The notes below the pieces were generated by a model that worked only from the letters and a program-made list of their open reading frames with translations, did not search any database and was not told the DNA's origin. A DNA stretch of 63,284 nt, filler included, from Eubacteriales bacterium (lineage in GTDB: Bacteria; Bacillota; Clostridia; Oscillospirales; CAG-382), in the NCBI GenBank assembly GCA_045636665.1. It is 9 parts of 9 records of this genome, joined end to end, with 100 filler letters (N's around TTAATTAATTAA, not from the genome) between each part and the next. Parts side by side here need not be neighbours in the genome. Positions count along the whole stretch, not along the records: positions 46,402 to 58,238 come from JAZTXY010000120.1; positions 58,339 to 60,493 come from JAZTXY010000122.1; positions 60,594 to 63,284 come from JAZTXY010000131.1; 6 more parts are not named here. One strand, given 5' to 3'. Positions 58,224-63,284 of this stretch are shown piece after piece. The translations under genes were made by a program, and so were the position numbers. Position 1 is the stretch's first letter, and each line of letters opens with the position of its first letter.

Positions 58224-58338
58224 TCAAAAAATCCTCCTNNNNNNNNNNNNNNNNNNNNNNNNNNNNNNNNNNNNNNNNNNNNTTAATTAATTAANNNNNN
58301 NNNNNNNNNNNNNNNNNNNNNNNNNNNNNNNNNNNNNN

Positions 58339-58830
58339 TGTAGTTCTGTCGACCGAGTTGCTTATATATTTATGGTCGGCAACAGAGGAAGGACATTCGT
58401 CAAAAGCCATCGCGATAGTCGAAGCAAGCTTCGACTGTATCTGCATACTCACCTCAGGGCTCATAAATATCTTCGCACCGTCCATATGCGACTGAAAAGT
58501 AACGCCGTCTTCGGTTATATTACGGAGCTTCGCAAGAGAGAAAACCTGAAATCCGCCGCTATCGGTAAGAACGGGCTTATCCCAATTGAAAAACTTGTGT
58601 ATACCGCCCATTTTATAAACGACGTCTTCACCCGGACGGACGTGGAGGTGATAGGTATTCGAAAGTTCGACCTGACAGCCGATGTGCTTAAGGTCTCCCG
58701 TCGAAATACCGCCTTTTATCGCGGCGCTTGTGCCGACGTTCATAAAAACGGGGGTTTGGATATCGCCGTGTACGGTTTTAAAGGTACCCGTGCGCGCGGT
58801 GCCGCAGGTTTTATGTATTGTAAAGCTCAT
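58339..58830 (-). CDS. tgt: tRNA-guanine transglycosylase (3' truncated)
   Basis: TPVFMNVGT, SNTYHL, LTDSGGFQVFSL, MAFDEC. Confidence 0.95.
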
Positions 58831-58834
58831 AATA

Positions 58835-60493
58835 TCACCTATCGAAATATTTTTCTATTTCCCTTTTGGGAATCTTTTTTATAAACGGTCTGCCGTGAGG
58901 GCAATAGCGAAGCTGTGGATTTTCGGCAAGCATACGCACCACGTTTTCATCATCCTCGGGACGGTTTTTTATCCTTGCCTTAAGCGCCGCCTTGCAAGCG
59001 ACGGTGTAAAGCGCGCGGTCGCACCTTTCGGCAAAGGAAAGATGGTTTCCGTCGGAAAGCGAACGGGCAAAATCCTCCAGAATGCCGTTAAGTCCTTTAA
59101 GGTTGCCCAGTGTCGACGGAACCGTACGCACGATTATCGAGCCCTCGCCGAAATCCTCGATATTAAAGCCCTTTTCGGCAAGAAACTCGGCATTTTCAAG
59201 CAAAACCGATGCTTGCTCGCGCCCAATCGCAACCGGTACGCCGACAAGCAATTCCTGAACGTTAAGTTCTTTATTCGCCGCCAGCTTTTCGTAAAGCACA
59301 CGCTCGTGCGCGGCGTGCTTATCGATAACAAGAATGTTTTCCTCGGTTTCGACGAAAATATATGAATCGTAAGCCTGTCCGATCATTCTCCAAGCAGGAG
59401 CTTCCTCGACCAAAACCGTTTGCTCGGACTCGTCCTTGCGTTCGGTGTCCTCTTTGGGAGTTACTTTAGTGCTGTCGCTGAAGAAAAATTCCTTTTCTGC
59501 ATCGAAAAGGTCTTCCTTGCCGATGTTTGCGTCAAAGGTGGTTTTAGGTTTTTCCTTTATTTCTTCCTTTTTATCGTTGGGAAAGAAATCTATATCGTTT
59601 TGTTTTTGAGGTTCAACGGGCTTGAAATTCGGAAGAACGAAGGGGTCTTCTTCCTCGGGTATGTTCGGCAGAAGCGGCTTTGCTTCCTCCTTTTTCACAA
59701 CAACCTCGCCAAGCGGCTTATCCTCGGGCGTTGCCGAAAGAGTATTTTTTACCGCATAATAGACCGCGCGGAAAACGTCACGCTCGGACGCGAATTTTAT
59801 TTCGGTCTTTGCGGGGTGAACGTTTACGTCGGTAAGGTCGTGATCGAGGCTTACGAAAAGAACGCATCCGGGGAATTTTCCGCGAGGAATATAGGAGCGA
59901 AAGGCTTCCTCAAGCGCGGCTTGTACCGTTTTACTTTTAACGTATCTTTCGTTAACGAAAACAGTTTGCATCGCGCGGCTTCCTCTGACAGCATCGGGCA
60001 AGGTAACAAAGCCCTTTACCGAAACTCCGCCCAGACTGTAATCGACCTCGGCAAGGGTTTTGGCAAATTCCCTGCCGAAAACCGAATAAACCGCGCCGTA
60101 AAGATCGCCGTCGCCCGCGGTCATAAATTTCCGTTCGCCGTCGCTGATGACGCTAAACGAAATTTCGGGGTGCGAAAGCGCCAATCTTTCCGCCGCCGCA
60201 ACGCAGGATGCGCCCTCGGTTCCGTCCTTTTTAAGGAACTTTTGCCTTGCGGGCGTGTTGTAGAAAATGTCGCGCATCGAAACGGTCGTGCCGTCGGGAC
60301 AGCCGATATCCTCCATAACGATGCCGTTTTCATCGGCGGTCAGACGTGTGCCGATAGCTTCGTCGCGATGCTTCGAAACGATTTCCAAACGCGATACCGA
60401 GCCGATAGCCGCCAAAGCCTCGCCGCGGAATCCGAGCGATTGAATACCGTTTATATCGTCACCGCAGCTTATCTTGCTCGTCGCGTGGCGAAG
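58835..60493 (-). CDS. mutL: DNA mismatch repair protein MutL (5' truncated)
   Basis: RHATSKI, LGFRGEAL, FYNTPARQKFLK, DVNVHPAKTE, DKHAAHER, ACK, CPHGRP. Confidence 0.96.
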   Translation of the reverse strand, partial: LRHATSKISCGDDINGIQSLGFRGEALAAIGSVSRLEIVSKHRDEAIGTRLTADENGIVMEDIGCPDGTTVSMRDIFYNTPARQKFLKKDGTEGASCVAAAERLALSHPEISFSVISDGERKFMTAGDGDLYGAVYSVFGREFAKTLAEVDYSLGGVSVKGFVTLPDAVRGSRAMQTVFVNERYVKSKTVQAALEEAFRSYIPRGKFPGCVLFVSLDHDLTDVNVHPAKTEIKFASERDVFRAVYYAVKNTLSATPEDKPLGEVVVKKEEAKPLLPNIPEEEDPFVLPNFKPVEPQKQNDIDFFPNDKKEEIKEKPKTTFDANIGKEDLFDAEKEFFFSDSTKVTPKEDTERKDESEQTVLVEEAPAWRMIGQAYDSYIFVETEENILVIDKHAAHERVLYEKLAANKELNVQELLVGVPVAIGREQASVLLENAEFLAEKGFNIEDFGEGSIIVRTVPSTLGNLKGLNGILEDFARSLSDGNHLSFAERCDRALYTVACKAALKARIKNRPEDDENVVRMLAENPQLRYCPHGRPFIKKIPKREIEKYFDR

Positions 60494-60593
60494 NNNNNNN
60501 NNNNNNNNNNNNNNNNNNNNNNNNNNNNNNNNNNNNNTTAATTAATTAANNNNNNNNNNNNNNNNNNNNNNNNNNNNNNNNNNNNNNNNNNNN

Positions 60594-60882
60594 AAACGAC
60601 AAGCGTTTTCGGGGACCCCATTCGGGGGAAGGCTTTCATAACTGTAACGCATAGTGATATAACGCAACCGTAGGACATAAACGGAATGATAAGAAAAGGC
60701 TCCTTTGTGTAAAGGGAGCTGTTGAGCGAATGCGAAACTGAGGGATTGTCCTTTTAACATAATTATGATAATGGCTACGGATATTTCATATCCTACAATC
60801 CCTCCGTCAGCGCTATTTTACCGCGCTGACACCTCTCGAACGGGGTCCCCACAAAACCTGTTTTGTGGGGTATAGGCGAGGC
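60594..60882. repeat. BIME-like array of REP-like palindromes, homologous to 38729-39004
   Basis: Units at 60594-60633, 60698-60745 and 60799-60882; spacer 60634-60697 is the reverse-complement homolog of 38889-38951. Confidence 0.85.
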
Positions 60883-60914
60883 GCGAGGTGCGAACGTACG
60901 AACATCATAAAAAA

Positions 60915-60953
60915 CGACCAAAACGCTTGCGTTTTGTGTCGAAAGCGTAGCGC
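60915..60953 (+). repeat. 39-bp inverted repeat, left arm
   Basis: CGACCAAAACGCTTGCGTTTTGTGTCGAAAGCGTAGCGC; exact reverse complement at 63170-63208. Confidence 0.95.
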
Positions 60954-60955
60954 TA

Positions 60956-60984
60956 TTGCAAAACCCGACTTTTTATGCTACAAT
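60956..60984 (+). promoter_or_regulatory. SigA-type promoter of topB
   Basis: TTGCAA-17 nt (TG)-TACAAT, then AGGAGG RBS. Confidence 0.75.
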
Positions 60985-61017
60985 AACAAACAACGCTTTA
61001 AAAGGAGGCGGCAAAAA

Positions 61018-63168
61018 ATGGTAACGATATTGGCGGAAAAGCCCGACGTTGGCAACAAGATTGCCGCCGCGTTGGATAAAATTTATCTGTCAAACGGAGA
61101 AATCGTTGAATTTTCCAAGCTGAAAGCCAACGAAAAAGCCGTTAAATCGCAACAAAACCGCGACGGATACTTAAAAATCAACTATAAAGGGCATGAATGC
61201 TTTGTCACTTGGGGCTACGGTCACCTTTGCACGCTTAAGCAGGCATACGATTACGATCCGAGCTATAAATTATGGTCGAAGCTTCCGATGCCCTTCGTTC
61301 CCCAAAATTACGAAATAAAGCTCCGCACAAGCTCAAGCTCGTCGTGGGATTCCAGGGTCGAGCGTCAGTTCAACATCGTTAAAGGCCTTTTTGAAAAGAG
61401 CGACCTTATTATCAACGCGACCGACTTCGACCGCGAGGGCGAGGTCATTTTCGCCTATATTTACGAGCTTGCAAAATGCTCAAAGCCGGTAAAACGCGCC
61501 TGCTTCACCTCGCAAACGAAGGAGGGCATTATCGAGGGCTTTACGAAAAACATCAAGCTCGGTTCCGAAATGAAGCTGACCGAGTCCGCAGGAAGAATGC
61601 GCTCTGTCGCCGATTGGGTTGTCGGCGCAAACCTCACCGCCGCGATGTCGTTAAAGAACCCCGGCGCAGGCGTTATGAGCGTCGGCAGAGTGCAAACGCC
61701 CACCCTTGCGATGCTCGTCAACCGCGAGCTTGCGATAATGAACTTCGTCAAAGCGCCCTATTGGGCGATAGAGGCTGAATTTACGTCGGCAAACGGTGAA
61801 AAATTCAAAGCCAAGCACTCAAAGGAAAAAATAACCGAAAAAGCCGATGCCGAAGCGCTTTTCGAGAAGATAAACGGAAACACGGGAATAGTTAAAGACG
61901 TTAAAAAGAAAAAGGTCAAAAAGGAACCGCCCCTGCTTTATTCGCTTTCGGCGTTGCAGATGGATGCAAACTCGAAATTCGGTTACACCCTCGACCAGAC
62001 GCTCGACATCGTTCAAAAGCTTTATGACGACGGATTTACGACCTACCCGAGAACCAATTCGCAATACCTTACCGAGGATATGGAGCCGGTCGTCAACCGC
62101 GTCCTCGATTCGCTCGCTGCCGTGCCGATTTACAATAACCTTATCGTCGGCAGAGAAAGAAAATTCAACAAAAAGCATTATTTCGACAACAAAAAGGTTG
62201 AATCTCACTTCGCGATAATCCCAACGGGCAACATCCCGAAAGGGTTGCCGTTGGAGCAAAAGCGCGTTTTCGACCTCATTTGCCGCTCGGTGATAAAAAT
62301 GCTTTACGGTGATGCGACGCTCGAACAGACAAAGGTGGTAATCGACGTAAACGGCGAGGAATTTAAGGCAAGCGGCTCGATAATTGCAGAGCCCGGCTGG
62401 ATGGTCGTCGGCGATGCATCGAAAACCGAAATTCTTCCCGATTTAAAGGTCGGCGAGGAATTGCAGGGCGAATATAAGCTTTGCGACAAAATGAGCGAGC
62501 CGCCCAAGCGCTATACCGACAAAACGATACTCGCCGCAATGCTAACGGCAGGCAAGGACCTCGACGATGCCGAGCTTAAAAAGCTTATGTCCGACCCGAA
62601 AACCGGCGGTATCGGTACCGAGGCAACGCGCGCCGCGATAATTCAAACGCTTATCGACCGCGAATATATCGTGCGCGAAAAGAAAACCCTCCGCGCAACG
62701 CAAAAGGGTATCGACCTTATCGAAAAGCTGCCGCTCGAACAGCTTAAATCCGCCGAGCTCACCGCCGTTTGGGAGCGCCGTTTGGGCGATATCGCGCGCG
62801 GCACCGAAAATGCCGACGTTTTCAAAGCCGATTTCGAAAACGCATTGCGCGATTGGGTAAAAATAATCAACACGCGCGTAGCAAAAACCAACCAAAGCTA
62901 TGCGAATATGCTCGAGGGCGTTCGCTGTCCGCTTTGTAAGTCGACCGTGCATTCGACCGACGACGGATTTGTCTGTGCAAAGCATAAGGACGGTTGCAAA
63001 TTCGCAATCTCGACAATCTGCGGTAAAAAGATAACCGAGCAACAGCTCCGCAAGCTCTTAACCGACGGCTCGACCGCGCTCATCAAGGGCTTTAAGAAAA
63101 AGGACGGAAGCAAATTCAACGCCAAGCTCAAAATCGAAAACGGCAAAATGGCGTTTGAATATGAGTAA
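61018..63168 (+). CDS. topB: Type IA DNA topoisomerase III
   Basis: TOPRIM LAEKP, WGYGHL, NATDFDREGE; SVGRVQTPTL; TYPRT active site; GIGTEATRAAII; C-terminal Zn ribbon; start reassigned to 61018. Confidence 0.93.
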   Translation: MVTILAEKPDVGNKIAAALDKIYLSNGEIVEFSKLKANEKAVKSQQNRDGYLKINYKGHECFVTWGYGHLCTLKQAYDYDPSYKLWSKLPMPFVPQNYEIKLRTSSSSSWDSRVERQFNIVKGLFEKSDLIINATDFDREGEVIFAYIYELAKCSKPVKRACFTSQTKEGIIEGFTKNIKLGSEMKLTESAGRMRSVADWVVGANLTAAMSLKNPGAGVMSVGRVQTPTLAMLVNRELAIMNFVKAPYWAIEAEFTSANGEKFKAKHSKEKITEKADAEALFEKINGNTGIVKDVKKKKVKKEPPLLYSLSALQMDANSKFGYTLDQTLDIVQKLYDDGFTTYPRTNSQYLTEDMEPVVNRVLDSLAAVPIYNNLIVGRERKFNKKHYFDNKKVESHFAIIPTGNIPKGLPLEQKRVFDLICRSVIKMLYGDATLEQTKVVIDVNGEEFKASGSIIAEPGWMVVGDASKTEILPDLKVGEELQGEYKLCDKMSEPPKRYTDKTILAAMLTAGKDLDDAELKKLMSDPKTGGIGTEATRAAIIQTLIDREYIVREKKTLRATQKGIDLIEKLPLEQLKSAELTAVWERRLGDIARGTENADVFKADFENALRDWVKIINTRVAKTNQSYANMLEGVRCPLCKSTVHSTDDGFVCAKHKDGCKFAISTICGKKITEQQLRKLLTDGSTALIKGFKKKDGSKFNAKLKIENGKMAFEYE

Positions 63169-63169
63169 G

Positions 63170-63208
63170 GCGCTACGCTTTCGACACAAAACGCAAGCGT
63201 TTTGGTCG
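63170..63208 (-). repeat. 39-bp inverted repeat, right arm
   Basis: GCGCTACGCTTTCGACACAAAACGCAAGCGTTTTGGTCG begins 2 nt after the topB stop. Confidence 0.95.
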
Positions 63209-63284
63209 ATTTTGTGAGTGCCGTACATTCGCATCGTGTTTGTGCGCGCTTCGCTTGTCCAAACACGCGGCACTCCAAGGTATA

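Noticed and set aside
59290..59330. MutL motif DKHAAHER instead of DQHAAHER
   Set aside because: Other endonuclease motifs (ACK, CPHGRP) are intact; looks like an ordinary lineage variant
5043..60593. Eight identical TTAATTAATTAA motifs within N-runs
   Set aside because: Artificial contig linkers with six-frame stops; ORF ends such as LIN or N there are artefacts, and cross-linker gene neighbourhoods are not real
61018..63168. topB as marker of an ICE/conjugative element
   Set aside because: No relaxase, T4SS, integrase or other ICE gene on the contig; cannot be supported
63058..63273. ORF sharing DQNACVLCRKRSA with the upstream extension of the topB ORF
   Set aside because: Both are translations of the 39-bp inverted repeat; the real topB start is 61018

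Overview
This window is a concatenation of nine short contigs from what looks like a metagenome-assembled Clostridia/Oscillospirales-type Firmicute. The contigs are joined by artificial 100-bp N44-TTAATTAATTAA-N44 linkers, so gene order across linkers is meaningless. Most content is housekeeping: ychF, ftsZ, glyA, a phoH-ybeY-era-recO-mutS2-thyA-folA operon, prfB, secDF, mtnA, tgt, mutL and topB. There are also carbohydrate uptake and degradation genes (GH38 alpha-mannosidase, phosphomutase, several solute-binding lipoproteins, a dockerin protein, a DUF4855-like lipoprotein). No rRNA, tRNA, CRISPR array or transposase was recognised. Best leads: (1) a five-gene MBOAT-DHHW-DHHW-FkbH-ACP operon that reads as a Dlt/Alg-like machine for attaching glyceryl groups to a cell-envelope polymer; (2) an ECF sigma factor translationally coupled to a membrane anti-sigma-like protein whose external domain is a serpin; (3) a promoter+topB unit tightly bracketed by 39-bp perfect inverted repeats; (4) BIME-like mosaic arrays of palindromic repeats with conserved spacers and a nested module; (5) an XRE regulator ending in a degenerate cytidine-deaminase-like domain. 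All family assignments come from motif recognition by eye; no searches were run.
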